From Thermodesulfobacteriota bacterium (GTDB lineage: Bacteria > Desulfobacterota_D > UBA1144 > Nemesobacterales > UBA2774), in the NCBI GenBank assembly GCA_965216785.1, contig OZ244197.1:374828-438827 (forward strand): a stretch of DNA of 64,000 bases, given 5' to 3'. Below the pieces are notes generated by a model. It had not been told where the DNA came from. It saw only the letters and a list, made by a program, of their open reading frames with translations, and made no database searches. The stretch's first letter is position 1; each line of letters begins with the position of its first letter. The position numbers and the translations under genes were made by a program. Shown here one piece after another: positions 52,157 through 62,347 of this stretch.

Positions 52157-52915
52157 TTACACCTTCTTTATATATCTATCCACTATATTTAAGAACTCGG
52201 AGGAAAAATGCTCCATTTCAACATCTATGCGCTTTACGCGGCTTACGAAGTAGTTATACGCAATAACGGCGGGTATGGCCGCTGCGAGCCCGATAGCGGT
52301 CGCGATCAGGGCCTCGGCTATACCGGGGGCGACTGCCTGCAGTGTGGGGACGCCTTCACTTCCCGCAAGCCCGATGAAGGAAGTCATGATACCCCAAACC
52401 GTGCCAAATAGCCCTATAAACGGTGCCGCGCTTCCGGTGGTAGCAAGAAAAGTAAGCGAGCTTTCGAGTTTAGAGGTTTCTGAAGACATAGTCCTGTTCA
52501 GAGCCCTCTCTACAAGCTCGATCATACCAAGCTCGCCCGACATCATATCGGCGCTTGTCCCGCCCTCGGGTTTTTGTCCCGAGCTGCTTGCCCTTTTGAT
52601 TTTAAGTATCTCCGTGTAGCCCGCTCTGAACACTTCGGCAATCGGCCCGCCGATGTGCTTAGTCGAGGAATAGAGGTTCCCAAAATTCCCGCTCGCATTA
52701 TAGAGATCGAGAAACTTGTCCGAGCTCCGGGTCGCTTTTCTGAGCACGAAGTACTTTGAGAACATAATGGTCCAGCATACGACCGACATAAATAAGAGAA
52801 TAAGAAGAACCGCTTTAACCACAGGGCCCGCGTGAGAGACGAGGGTCATAATTTCTACCTGCTCCGCTGTGGTCTCTGCCTGCGCCTGCAACACGAAAGA
52901 TATCCAGTTTGTCAT
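52157..52915 (-). CDS. MotA/TolQ/ExbB proton-channel protein
   Basis: 252 aa; conserved TolQ/ExbB C-terminal TM region (GLFGTVWGIM..., PGIAEALIATAIGLAAAIPAVIAYN). Confidence 0.85.
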   Translation of the reverse strand: MTNWISFVLQAQAETTAEQVEIMTLVSHAGPVVKAVLLILLFMSVVCWTIMFSKYFVLRKATRSSDKFLDLYNASGNFGNLYSSTKHIGGPIAEVFRAGYTEILKIKRASSSGQKPEGGTSADMMSGELGMIELVERALNRTMSSETSKLESSLTFLATTGSAAPFIGLFGTVWGIMTSFIGLAGSEGVPTLQAVAPGIAEALIATAIGLAAAIPAVIAYNYFVSRVKRIDVEMEHFSSEFLNIVDRYIKKV

Positions 52916-53167
52916 GCTAGTTTACCTGCTGATAAGTTAGATTTAGGATTGAACATTAATGATATTCAACACTGTGAGATTATTACGAATGAGCTACATC
53001 TTAGCTTTGATCTAAAGTGTTCCATACATAATATGTAAAATCAACAGCGATTATGAAAGCCCGGAGGGGGTTAAATACGCCAGTTAGATTTTGATGGGAG
53101 AATATATTATTATTAATCCCGGTACAAAGAGAAAATATAATCTAGGCTCATCAAAAGGAGGCGCGTG

Positions 53168-53617
53168 ATGGCAAGAATTTTAACCGTGACCGCACTGACT
53201 ATAATTTCACTTTATCTTCTGTTCCCGCAGCTGAGTTTTTCTGAGGAAAACAGATACACTGTTGTAATAGAAGAGAGTTTTTATGTCGTAAAGCCGGAGA
53301 ACACAGAGAAGTTTCTCAAGGTTTACAGGGAGAAATTGTATCCCTTCTGGGAAGAGATGCGGAAAATGGGGATTATCACTGAAGAATATAAGCTCTACTC
53401 GCAGAGAGTGCACACTCTCGATCCGCTATGGACGTATAAGACGGTAGTAAAGTTTCCGAACTACGCTGCGCTCGATAAGTGGCTTGAGATGAGGGATGTG
53501 GTTTACAAGAAACTCTTCCCTAACGAAGAGGGTTACAAAACCCCAAGGAAGGAGATTGACCTCATAACAGTAGAGCACTGGGATGAGTTTATAAGAGAAA
53601 TACCGCTTTCTAAGTAG
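53168..53617 (+). CDS. hypothetical secreted protein
   Basis: ATG 53168 with AAAGGAGG RBS; signal peptide (MARILTVTALTIISLYLLFPQLSFS); no family recognised. Confidence 0.5.
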   Translation: MARILTVTALTIISLYLLFPQLSFSEENRYTVVIEESFYVVKPENTEKFLKVYREKLYPFWEEMRKMGIITEEYKLYSQRVHTLDPLWTYKTVVKFPNYAALDKWLEMRDVVYKKLFPNEEGYKTPRKEIDLITVEHWDEFIREIPLSK

Positions 53618-53619
53618 TC

Positions 53620-54642
53620 TTATTTACTGAAAAGGCCCTTCTGCATATGTGGGGGAGCGATATTCAAGTGGTCGTAGGCAAGCGGGGTGACTTCTCTTCC
53701 TCGCGGGGTTTTAACCAATAGCCCTTCCCGCACGAGATACGGCTCGTAGACGTCTTCGATAGTGTCTCTTTCTTCACTCACAGCCGCAGAGAGGGTATCG
53801 ATGCCCACGGGGCCTCCCCTGAATTTTTCAATTATTGTCTCGAGTATCATCCTGTCTAGACCGTCAAGACCGAGTGAATCTACCTCGAGCATGTCGAGCG
53901 CGCGTATTGCAACCTCTTCAGTGACATTTCCGTCCGCCTTTACCTCCGCGTAGTCCCTTACCCTCTTAAGCAGGCGGTTCGCGACTCTGGGCGTACCTCT
54001 GGCGCGGCATGAAATTTCGCTTACCCCTTTCGGAGAAGTGTCCACTCCGAGTATCTTTGCCGAGCGTTTAAGTATCCCTTCAATCTCGTCCGAATTGTAG
54101 TAGTCAAGTCTGAGATCGACGCCGAACCTGGAGCGCAGAGGTGAAGTAAGTAGCCCCGTCCTGGTGGTCGCGCCTACCAGAGTGAAGCGGTTCACACCCA
54201 CCTTCATCGACTTTGCTGTCGGGCCCTCGCCAATCATTATATCAATCTTGTAATCCTCCATGGCAGAGTAGAGGTACTCTTCCACAATTCTGTTGAGGCG
54301 GTGAATTTCGTCAATAAAGAGAACGTCTCTCTCTTCAAGATTAGTCAGAATTGAGGCAAGATCGCCTACTCTTTCTATGACCGGGCCGGAGGTGGAGTAA
54401 ATCCTCACCCCGAGCTCATTCGCCACTATGTGCGCAAGGGTCGTTTTGCCCAAGCCGGGGGGACCGTAGAGGAGCACGTGATCTAGCGCTTCATTACGCT
54501 TCTTCGCGGCCTCAATGAATATAGCCACCTTCTCCTTTACCTTAACCTGACCAAGGTAGTCTTTAAGGTGTGAGGGCCTTAAGTTAACATCAAATTGTAC
54601 ATCCTCTTCCTGACCGTCCGGGTTTATGATTCTTTCATTCAT
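53620..54642 (-). CDS. ruvB: Holliday junction branch migration DNA helicase RuvB
   Basis: 340 aa; AAA+ Walker [10 protein letters not shown], Walker [10 protein letters not shown], winged-helix C-terminus. Confidence 0.95.
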   Translation of the reverse strand: MNERIINPDGQEEDVQFDVNLRPSHLKDYLGQVKVKEKVAIFIEAAKKRNEALDHVLLYGPPGLGKTTLAHIVANELGVRIYSTSGPVIERVGDLASILTNLEERDVLFIDEIHRLNRIVEEYLYSAMEDYKIDIMIGEGPTAKSMKVGVNRFTLVGATTRTGLLTSPLRSRFGVDLRLDYYNSDEIEGILKRSAKILGVDTSPKGVSEISCRARGTPRVANRLLKRVRDYAEVKADGNVTEEVAIRALDMLEVDSLGLDGLDRMILETIIEKFRGGPVGIDTLSAAVSEERDTIEDVYEPYLVREGLLVKTPRGREVTPLAYDHLNIAPPHMQKGLFSK

Positions 54643-54783
54643 GATTTGTTTTCATTCCTGCGGGCATCGCTGTCTGCTTTATTTTATCATGCTCTCGCTC
54701 GCACACGACGTTCACTCGCTGCCCCCAGCCTCTGTCCCCATATAATATATATATTCTCTTTGGAGATTAATAGCTATGGAGTT

Positions 54784-55374
54784 TCAAGAAATCTGTTTCA
54801 TTAGTTTAAGTGAAGCTCTGAGCGCTTTTTCTATATCGTTTTCTCTTGAGGCGATTTCTTCAAGCTGCTTAATTTGCTCATCTATCTCGTTCTTTTTATA
54901 ACCAAGGTTCAGGAGAGCCGAGATCACATCCCCCGCTATTGTTCCTTCTCTCTTGGTCTCCTCAGATATGCTCAGCTTGGGCACTTTGTCCTTCAGCTCG
55001 TTCTGAAGCCTGGAGGCGAGCTTGGGACCGATGCCCGGAATCTTCTTTTTCTGGAGCTCCCCTGACGCTACGGCAGAGGCGAATTCCCCGGGATCGACAT
55101 TGGACAGTATGCTGATTGCAAGCTTGGGACCTACTCCGGATACTCCGATAAGGAGGTTAAAAATAGTTTTCTCGTCCTCGTTCAGAAACCCGAACAGCTC
55201 GATCCCGCTGTCCTTCATGTGCGTGTGGATAATTAATTCAGCATCTCTGCCAATCTCCGGAAGACGGTAAAAAGTGGAAAGGGGCACCGTTACTCCATAA
55301 CCAACACCGCCGACGTCAACGATTACGCTTCCAAGCTCTTTTCGGGCAATTCTGCCTCTAAGAAGGGAGATCAT
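54784..55374 (-). CDS. ruvA: Holliday junction branch migration protein RuvA
   Basis: 196 aa; N-terminal MISLLRGRIA and helix-hairpin-helix motifs (GVGPKLA, GIGPKLA). Confidence 0.9.
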   Translation of the reverse strand: MISLLRGRIARKELGSVIVDVGGVGYGVTVPLSTFYRLPEIGRDAELIIHTHMKDSGIELFGFLNEDEKTIFNLLIGVSGVGPKLAISILSNVDPGEFASAVASGELQKKKIPGIGPKLASRLQNELKDKVPKLSISEETKREGTIAGDVISALLNLGYKKNEIDEQIKQLEEIASRENDIEKALRASLKLMKQIS

Positions 55375-55903
55375 CTAGTGTAAAACGCCTCCTTCTTCTC
55401 CTGGGTTTTACGAAATCAGCTCCGAGTCTGCTTTCGATTCTGGAAAGGTGGATGTGGCAGAGCGCTATGGCCACGGCGTCAGAGGCGTCGGGGCTCTCAA
55501 AATCGGAGATTCCAAGTATCGACGTCAGCATCCTCTGCATCTCCATCTTGTTAGCTCTACCCCTTCCAGTGAGCGCGAGCTTTACCTTTGTGGGCGAGTA
55601 TTCGTGTATGGTAATCCCTGAAGTAGAGGCCGCTAGAAGCGCGACACCCCTCGCCTGCCCGAGCTTTATCGCGCTTCGGGCGTTCTTGGCAAAAAATATG
55701 TCTTCTATGGAAATGGCCTCGGGCTTATGCTCGGTTATTACCTCTACGAGGCCGTCGTATATGACCTTTAGCTTCTGACATAATTCCAGGCTGGATTTGG
55801 GCGCAATACTCCCGTGAGCCACGTGTGCTATATCTCCGTTTCGGACTTCGAGTACCCCGTAGCCGCAAATCCTTGAGCCGGGGTCTATTCCGATTACCTT
55901 CAT
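55358..55903 (-). CDS. ruvC: crossover junction endodeoxyribonuclease RuvC
   Basis: 181 aa; MKVIGIDPGSRICGYGV N-terminus; overlaps the ruvA start by 17 bp. Confidence 0.9.
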   Translation of the reverse strand: MKVIGIDPGSRICGYGVLEVRNGDIAHVAHGSIAPKSSLELCQKLKVIYDGLVEVITEHKPEAISIEDIFFAKNARSAIKLGQARGVALLAASTSGITIHEYSPTKVKLALTGRGRANKMEMQRMLTSILGISDFESPDASDAVAIALCHIHLSRIESRLGADFVKPRRRRRRFTLDDLPS

Positions 55904-55980
55904 ATTTTTAGGTTTAGAAACATCCTCCGGGGACGCTTGAATTAGAGTTGATCGAGTTTACGCCGCCGGGACTATACAAA

Positions 55981-56727
55981 TTAAGTAAGACTTTCTATTA
56001 CTTCTTCCGGCACGTCGAAGTTTGAGTAGACATTCTGAACGTCGTCGCTTTCCTCAAGCGCTTCCATGAGACGGATCATATGCTCTGCTTCCTTACCTTC
56101 GATCTTGACGCTGTTCTGCGGAATCATGGTAACTTCCGCGCTCTCATACTTTAAACCCGCTTCATCGAGCACCGCTTTCACAGCTTCAATCTCCTCAGGA
56201 GGCGTTACTACGACAAGCTCGCTGTCTTCGGTGACAACGTCGTCAGCGCCCGCGTCGAGCACGAGATCAAACACCTGCTCTTCGTCCACAGTGTCCTTTT
56301 CAAATGCGATTCTGCCCTTCATGTCGAACATCCAGGCTACGCAGCCGTTCTCCCCGAGGTTCCCGCCGTGCTTTGTGAAAATGCGTCTGATATCAGAAAC
56401 CGTCCTATTTTTGTTGTCGGTAAGCGTGCGAACCAGAACCGCGCTACCGCCCGGGCCGTAGCCCTCGTAAGAAAGCTCGTGGAACTCGTCCCCGCCGATC
56501 TCACCCGTGCCGCGCTTTATCGCCCGGTCTATGGTGTCGTTGGGCATGTTTGCGCCCTTAGCGGTGTTGATCGCAGTTCTAAGACGAGGATTAGAATCTA
56601 AATCCCCGCCGCCGTGCTTTGCAGCCACTGTAAGCTCTCGGATGAGTTTGGTAAACACCTTACCCCTTTTTGCGTCTACTGCGGCTTTTCTATGTTTGAT
56701 ATTAGCCCATTTAGAGTGTCCGGCCAT
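55981..56727 (-). CDS. yebC: YebC/PmpR family DNA-binding transcriptional regulator
   Basis: 248 aa; [24 protein letters not shown]-terminus; upstream of ruvC as in many bacteria. Confidence 0.9.
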   Translation of the reverse strand: MAGHSKWANIKHRKAAVDAKRGKVFTKLIRELTVAAKHGGGDLDSNPRLRTAINTAKGANMPNDTIDRAIKRGTGEIGGDEFHELSYEGYGPGGSAVLVRTLTDNKNRTVSDIRRIFTKHGGNLGENGCVAWMFDMKGRIAFEKDTVDEEQVFDLVLDAGADDVVTEDSELVVVTPPEEIEAVKAVLDEAGLKYESAEVTMIPQNSVKIEGKEAEHMIRLMEALEESDDVQNVYSNFDVPEEVIESLT

Positions 56728-56950
56728 AACCTATCACCTCACTTCTTAAAATGTCATCCCGGAGCTGATCCGGGATCTCATATTTTAGTATTTAAAGTTT
56801 ATACGGTATGTAAGAATTTTATAACATCGGGAAAGTTTTAGCAAGATATTCTATAGAGCGTTTATCATCCCGGATGCTGAATCGATCCCGTATCAAGTAC
56901 GGGACATGGTTCAGCACGGGCTTGGTCCGAAATCACATTTTTCAACCGTA

Positions 56951-57841
56951 TTACTCAACCTTCTTAACCGTTACAGTCAGGGGCTGCGGGCCGCCTCTAT
57001 TGGTAGTAATGGTAGACACAGGTGCGCCTGAGTTTATTTCCTTCACCGTGAGCACTTTTGTAGAGGGATTTATGACCTGATCGGCAAGAGAGCTGAAATC
57101 AAAGCGTATATTCGCCTCCGGGTCGAGCCCGAACACCTCCGCCGTGATAGGGGCAGGCTTGCCTACGTCCGTTTCGGGAACAAAGATATTGTATCCCCAG
57201 GCCGGTATCTCAGCGTTTATGAAGCTTCCGCCCGGCTCTTTTACGTTAACGCGCAGCATGCCTTCGATGTTCACTATACTCGATGGTAAGTTTTGAAACT
57301 CCGCCGCAAGCTGATCAGATTTCATCACTATTATCTTTCCGGGGATAAACGACTGGTCACTGTTATTGAGAAGCCCGATCTGGTATTTGCTGGGCTCTAA
57401 GATGCTCTGAGACGGGAACACAAAGGTAGTATTAAGAGTTCCGAACTCGATTAAGAGCTTTTCGATGGAATACACCGCGCTTCCGCCAGAATTGGCCGGG
57501 GTTGCCGGAAGAGAAATTTTAAGTATCCCTCTTTCTCCCGAGATGATAACGCCGAAAGCGCCGGAAAGCTCTGATGGAAGGCTGAATTTTCTCCAGTCAT
57601 CTGTCAGTATCCGGACTTCTATCTCGACCCTGTCCCCGAGAAGCCCGCTGCGGTCGATTGTCCTAATAGAGCGCACTTTACCAATATATTCTGGGTTTAC
57701 GTATATATCGCCTTTAAGGGAAGTTACCTCGACCTCGGTGTACATAGGCTGCGCTTGCCCATCCAGTGAGCTTAGCGGTATCAACAGAGCAACGGCCAGA
57801 ACAATCGTTAGAAACGCTTTAATCTTATGAGCTTTAATCAT
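56951..57841 (-). CDS. hypothetical secreted protein
   Basis: 296 aa; signal peptide (MIKAHKIKAFLTIVLAVALLIPLSSLDGQAQP); beta-rich; no family recognised. Confidence 0.5.
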   Translation of the reverse strand: MIKAHKIKAFLTIVLAVALLIPLSSLDGQAQPMYTEVEVTSLKGDIYVNPEYIGKVRSIRTIDRSGLLGDRVEIEVRILTDDWRKFSLPSELSGAFGVIISGERGILKISLPATPANSGGSAVYSIEKLLIEFGTLNTTFVFPSQSILEPSKYQIGLLNNSDQSFIPGKIIVMKSDQLAAEFQNLPSSIVNIEGMLRVNVKEPGGSFINAEIPAWGYNIFVPETDVGKPAPITAEVFGLDPEANIRFDFSSLADQVINPSTKVLTVKEINSGAPVSTITTNRGGPQPLTVTVKKVE

Positions 57842-58025
57842 TTATGGCACCTTTGGGACTTATAATTATATTTAACCACGAATTTACAGTAATTAACACA
57901 AATTAAAGCAAAAATAAAGATTTTTCCGGTTTTAAACCACTTTTAACATTTTCGCGTGCTTTCGTGCTGATTTGTGGTTAAAGCAAGTTTATTTTATAGT
58001 TGTAATTATCCACGAAAAAACTGAC

Positions 58026-58055
58026 TTGACAAAACACATCAATAGCATGCATAAT
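58026..58055 (+). promoter_or_regulatory. candidate sigma-70 promoter for rho
   Basis: TTGACA (58026-58031), 18-bp spacer, CATAAT (58050-58055); would give a leader of about 110 nt. Confidence 0.3.
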
Positions 58056-58171
58056 AATGATGTCTATATACTTTTACTACAACTCAAAGAGAACTGACTC
58101 TCATTTCCACATTTAGTAAGAAGATTTTGCTGTAAAAAATCCAATATATTGAGGTCGAGGACTTAACACAT

Positions 58172-59539
58172 ATGGCTAGAGCTACCAAATTACGGGAAAA
58201 ATCCCCAGTAGAAGAAAAGGTACGGGAAGAAAAAGTGCAGGGGAAAAAAGAACAATCGGAAAAGGAAGTTGTAAAAGAATCCAAACAGTTCCTTAACCTT
58301 AACGAGCTTAGAAACAGAAAGAGCGCAGAGCTTATGAAAATGGCGCGCGATCTTGAAATAGAAGAAGTTTCGCGTATGACCAAGCAGGATATCACGTACG
58401 CGATACTGAAAGCCCAGAGTGAAAAAGAAGGGGTTATTTTCGCTGAAGGTGTGCTCGAAATACTCTCAGAGGGTTACGGTTTCCTGCGCTCGCCAAAATA
58501 TAGCTATCTACCCGGCCCTGACGACATTTACGTCTCAAAATCGCAGATTCGCTCATTTAACCTCAAGACCGGAGACACTGTAGGCGGACAGGTAAGGCTC
58601 CCTAGGGAAGGCGAGAAAAACCTTGCGCTTCTTAAGATCGAGGAAGTAAACTTTGAATCCCCAGAGGTATGCAGAGAGCGGATCGCTTTTGAAAACAGGG
58701 TTCCACTGCACCCTGAGGAGAGAATTAATCTTGAATACGACGCCAATGAATTCTGCAGCCGTGTGCTGGATCTTTTTATTCCGATCGGTAAGGGCCAAAG
58801 AGGGCTTATTGTGGCGCCTCCTAGGACCGGTAAGACAATACTTCTTCAAAGAATAGCAAACGCGATAACCAAGAACAACCCGGATGTAGCGCTCATAGTG
58901 CTGCTGATTGACGAGCGCCCCGAGGAAGTAACCGATATGGACCGCCATGTGGTAGGCGAGGTCGTGAGCTCAACGTTCGATGAGCCAGCGCAGAGGCACA
59001 TTCAGGTCGCGGACATGGTGCTTGAGAAAGCCAAGAGGCTTGTAGAGCACGGAAAGGACGTCGTTATACTGCTGGATAGTTTGACAAGGCTTGCCAGAGC
59101 AAGCAACACAGTCACTCCCGCGAGCGGAAGGGTGCTGTCCGGAGGTATGGAAGCAAACGCTCTACAAAGACCTAAAAGATTTTTCGGCGCGGCCAGAAAC
59201 ACCGAGGAAGGCGGCAGTCTGACTATCATAGCGACTGCTCTTATCGACACCGGCAGCCGTATGGACGAGGTGATCTTCGAGGAGTTTAAAGGTACGGGTA
59301 ATATGGAAGCGTATCTTGACAGACGCCTTGCCGACAAGAGGGTATTCCCGGCAATCGATATACAGCGCTCGGGTACGAGGAAAGAAGAGCTTCTACTCTC
59401 TGAAGAGGTTCTCAATAAAGTCTGGCTATTGCGTAAGGTGCTTAGCCCGATGAATACGATTGAGGCTATGGAGTTTCTGCTCGATAAAATGAGCGGGACC
59501 AAGTCCAATAAAGAATTCATGAATATGATGAACTCATAA
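58172..59539 (+). CDS. rho: transcription termination factor Rho (with ~38-aa K/E-rich N-terminal extension)
   Basis: 455 aa; N-terminal helix bundle and OB fold ([15 protein letters not shown]), RecA-like Walker A PPRTGKT, Walker B LLIDE. Confidence 0.95.
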   Translation: MARATKLREKSPVEEKVREEKVQGKKEQSEKEVVKESKQFLNLNELRNRKSAELMKMARDLEIEEVSRMTKQDITYAILKAQSEKEGVIFAEGVLEILSEGYGFLRSPKYSYLPGPDDIYVSKSQIRSFNLKTGDTVGGQVRLPREGEKNLALLKIEEVNFESPEVCRERIAFENRVPLHPEERINLEYDANEFCSRVLDLFIPIGKGQRGLIVAPPRTGKTILLQRIANAITKNNPDVALIVLLIDERPEEVTDMDRHVVGEVVSSTFDEPAQRHIQVADMVLEKAKRLVEHGKDVVILLDSLTRLARASNTVTPASGRVLSGGMEANALQRPKRFFGAARNTEEGGSLTIIATALIDTGSRMDEVIFEEFKGTGNMEAYLDRRLADKRVFPAIDIQRSGTRKEELLLSEEVLNKVWLLRKVLSPMNTIEAMEFLLDKMSGTKSNKEFMNMMNS

Positions 59540-59650
59540 AGATTTCCGGACTGCCTGATCTCCAACCAAAGGTTTTAATTCATAGTACGTAAGAGATTTA
59601 ATTTTGATAAATTGTTTCGCCCTTTTGCAACTATAGGCTATGGTATTTCT

Positions 59651-61366
59651 ATGTCCGCATTAAAGCTACTACCACTGCTATTCTTGTTTTTCACTCTGCC
59701 TGTCTTAGCTCAGGTGGATCCGCCCTATGAGCCTAAGGCCAGATTCCATCCAGCGCTTGGCAAGCTGGGAATGGTGTCCTCACAGGAGAGATACGCAACC
59801 AGGGCAGGGCTCGAGGTGCTCAAAGAGGGCGGGAACGCTGTTGACGCCGCTGTGACTGTAGGCTTTGCGCTTGCCGTTACGCTCCCGAGAGCGGGAAACC
59901 TGGGAGGGGGCGGGTTTATGCTCGTGTATCTGGCGGAAAAAGACGAAGTAGTCGCTATAGACTACAGGGAAAAAGCTCCGCTTGCGGCTACACATGACAT
60001 GTTCCTAGATGAAAACGGGGAAGTAGACAAAGAGAAATCAAGAAATAGCATATTTTCAGCGGGCGTCCCCGGCACAGTAGCCGGTCTTACGCTCGCGCTT
60101 GAGAAGTACGGCACTATAACTCTCGAAAGAGCAATCCGGCCCGCTCTTGAGCTGGCTAGTCAGGGCTTTGCGGTAAACCAGGAGCTAAGAAGCTCGCTCC
60201 TTCAGGTAAAAGAGCGCATGAGAGAGTCCGACGCCGCTATGGGCACCTATTTTAAAAAAGGCGGAGAGCCTTACCAAGTCGGAGAAACTCTTAAGCAAGA
60301 AGAGCTGGCCTGGAGTCTTGAGGACATATCGAAAAACGGCTCAAAAGCATTTTACTCAGGAGATATAGCGGGGAAGATAGAGAGTTTCATGCAGTCAAGG
60401 GGAGGGCTTATTACAAAAGAGGATCTCTCCTCTTATAAGCCTGTAATCAGGACCCCGGTTAAAGGGACTTATAGAGGCTATGAAATCTACTCTATGCCGC
60501 CTCCTAGCTCCGGCGGAGTACACCTCATTCAGATACTCAACATGCTGGAGCTATTCCCCATGTCTCAGATGGGACACAACACAGCTTCCGCTATACATAC
60601 TATGGTTGAGGCAAAGAAGCTTGCCTATGCAGACCGCTCAGAGCACATGGGCGACCCGGACTTTGCTCCGGTTAATACAAACGGACTGATATCTAAAGCA
60701 TATGCGAAGGAGCTAAAGCTTAAAATTAATTCGGATAAAGCGAAACCAAGTAGTGAAATTCTTCCGGGCTTAATTCCAGCTGCGGAAGGGAACAATACAA
60801 CTCACTTCTCCGTTATAGATAAAGACGGAAACGCAGTCTCAAACACATATACGTTAAATTTCAGATACGGATCTAAAATTATGGTGCCCGGCACAGGCAT
60901 ACTGCTCAATAACGAAATGGATGATTTCTCATCCAAGCCCGGCGTGCCCAACGCCTACGGGCTCACGGGCGGAGACCTGAACGCAATAGAGCCTGGGAAA
61001 AGGATGCTGAGCTCAATGACCCCAACAATAGTGATGAAAGAGGGGAAACCATTCCTTATTACGGGAAGCCCGGGCGGGAGCAGAATCATTACCACAGTGC
61101 TTCAAATAATATTAAACGTGATCGATTTCAATATGAATATCGCAGAGGCTACAAACGCTGTAAGGGTCCACCACCAGTGGCTTCCGGACGTCCTCTATGC
61201 CGAGGAAGGGCTTAACGCAGATACCGTGAGACTGCTCGAGGAAATGGGGCATAGCGTGGAGCTTGGGAATACTATAGGGTGCACAGAAAGTATAATGAAA
61301 GAAGGGGATTTCCTTTACGGAGCGTCAGACCCGAGGAGACGGGACGGTTTGACGATGGGGTACTAA
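59651..61366 (+). CDS. ggt: gamma-glutamyltranspeptidase
   Basis: Start taken at ATG 59651 (MSALKLLPLLFLFFTLPVLAQV signal peptide; track used TTG 59612); GGT motifs (GGNAVDAAV, autoprocessing Thr in TTHFSVIDKDGNAVS, GSPGGSRI). Confidence 0.85.
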   Translation: MSALKLLPLLFLFFTLPVLAQVDPPYEPKARFHPALGKLGMVSSQERYATRAGLEVLKEGGNAVDAAVTVGFALAVTLPRAGNLGGGGFMLVYLAEKDEVVAIDYREKAPLAATHDMFLDENGEVDKEKSRNSIFSAGVPGTVAGLTLALEKYGTITLERAIRPALELASQGFAVNQELRSSLLQVKERMRESDAAMGTYFKKGGEPYQVGETLKQEELAWSLEDISKNGSKAFYSGDIAGKIESFMQSRGGLITKEDLSSYKPVIRTPVKGTYRGYEIYSMPPPSSGGVHLIQILNMLELFPMSQMGHNTASAIHTMVEAKKLAYADRSEHMGDPDFAPVNTNGLISKAYAKELKLKINSDKAKPSSEILPGLIPAAEGNNTTHFSVIDKDGNAVSNTYTLNFRYGSKIMVPGTGILLNNEMDDFSSKPGVPNAYGLTGGDLNAIEPGKRMLSSMTPTIVMKEGKPFLITGSPGGSRIITTVLQIILNVIDFNMNIAEATNAVRVHHQWLPDVLYAEEGLNADTVRLLEEMGHSVELGNTIGCTESIMKEGDFLYGASDPRRRDGLTMGY

Positions 61367-62316
61367 ACCGTGATCTCGAGCATACGGTCAATTGACTTTT
61401 TGGCTTTGTGGGCAGTATCTTCAGGCACCTTAACCTCAAATACCTCTTCCTGAAGTGACTTAAGAACCTTTGGCAGCGTAATCATTTTCATATACTTACA
61501 TACCGCGTTTTCCTTTGCCGGATAAAAGACTTTATCTGGGTTGTCCTTTCTCAAGCGGTGGAGCATTCCGGTCTCGGTAGCTACTATGAATTCTTTTGAT
61601 TCCGACTCTTTCGCGTGGTTTATCATGCCCCCTGTTGAAAGAAAGCACATGTCCTTATCTCCGTTTGTAGAATTGTTTACAGAATGATAGAGGAAATTTG
61701 TGGTGCAGCCGCATTCGGGGTGAATCATCATCTCGGCCCCAGGGTGCGTCTCTCTAATCTCCTTGATTTCAGGAATACGAATGCCCGCGTGCACGTGGCA
61801 CTCTCCGTGCCATATATGCATCTTTCGTCCGGTAACCTTGGCAGCGTAAGCGCCCAGAAACATATCGGGTAAAAACAGTATTTCCTTATCTTCGGGCACT
61901 GAGTTTACTACCTGCACCGCGTTTGCTGACGTACAGCAGTAATCTGTCTCAGCCTTTACTTCTGCGCTCGTATTCACATAGGACACCACAACAGCGCCCG
62001 GGTGCTCTTCTTTCCAGTCCCTTAGCTGCTCGGCGTCAATCGTATCCGCAAGCGAACAGCCCGCTCCAAGATCGGGGATAAGCACTTTTTTATCGGGGGA
62101 AATGATTGATGCCGTCTCGGCCATAAAATGGACGCCGCAAAAAACTATTATATCGGCGTCAGTCTCAGCCGCCTTTTGCGACAGACCAAGAGAATCTCCT
62201 GTGTAATCGGCAATGTCCTGTACTTCGGGGATCTGATAATTATGCGCAAGTATGACTGCGTTTTTATCTTTTCTTAGTCTATTTATCTCTTCTGTTAGCT
62301 TTTCTAGCTCTGTCAT
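61363..62316 (-). CDS. nadA: quinolinate synthase
   Basis: 317 aa; NadA-like pattern including Cys ligands (MIHPECGC...). Confidence 0.9.
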   Translation of the reverse strand: MTELEKLTEEINRLRKDKNAVILAHNYQIPEVQDIADYTGDSLGLSQKAAETDADIIVFCGVHFMAETASIISPDKKVLIPDLGAGCSLADTIDAEQLRDWKEEHPGAVVVSYVNTSAEVKAETDYCCTSANAVQVVNSVPEDKEILFLPDMFLGAYAAKVTGRKMHIWHGECHVHAGIRIPEIKEIRETHPGAEMMIHPECGCTTNFLYHSVNNSTNGDKDMCFLSTGGMINHAKESESKEFIVATETGMLHRLRKDNPDKVFYPAKENAVCKYMKMITLPKVLKSLQEEVFEVKVPEDTAHKAKKSIDRMLEITV

Positions 62317-62347
62317 TTCACACTGTCCATTTCATGAGGTAAATAGA

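Noticed and set aside
56875-56940. Possible SRP (4.5S) RNA because of a GGTCCGAA-like segment
   Set aside because: Only a short partial match to the conserved domain IV sequence; the flanks do not form the expected long helix.
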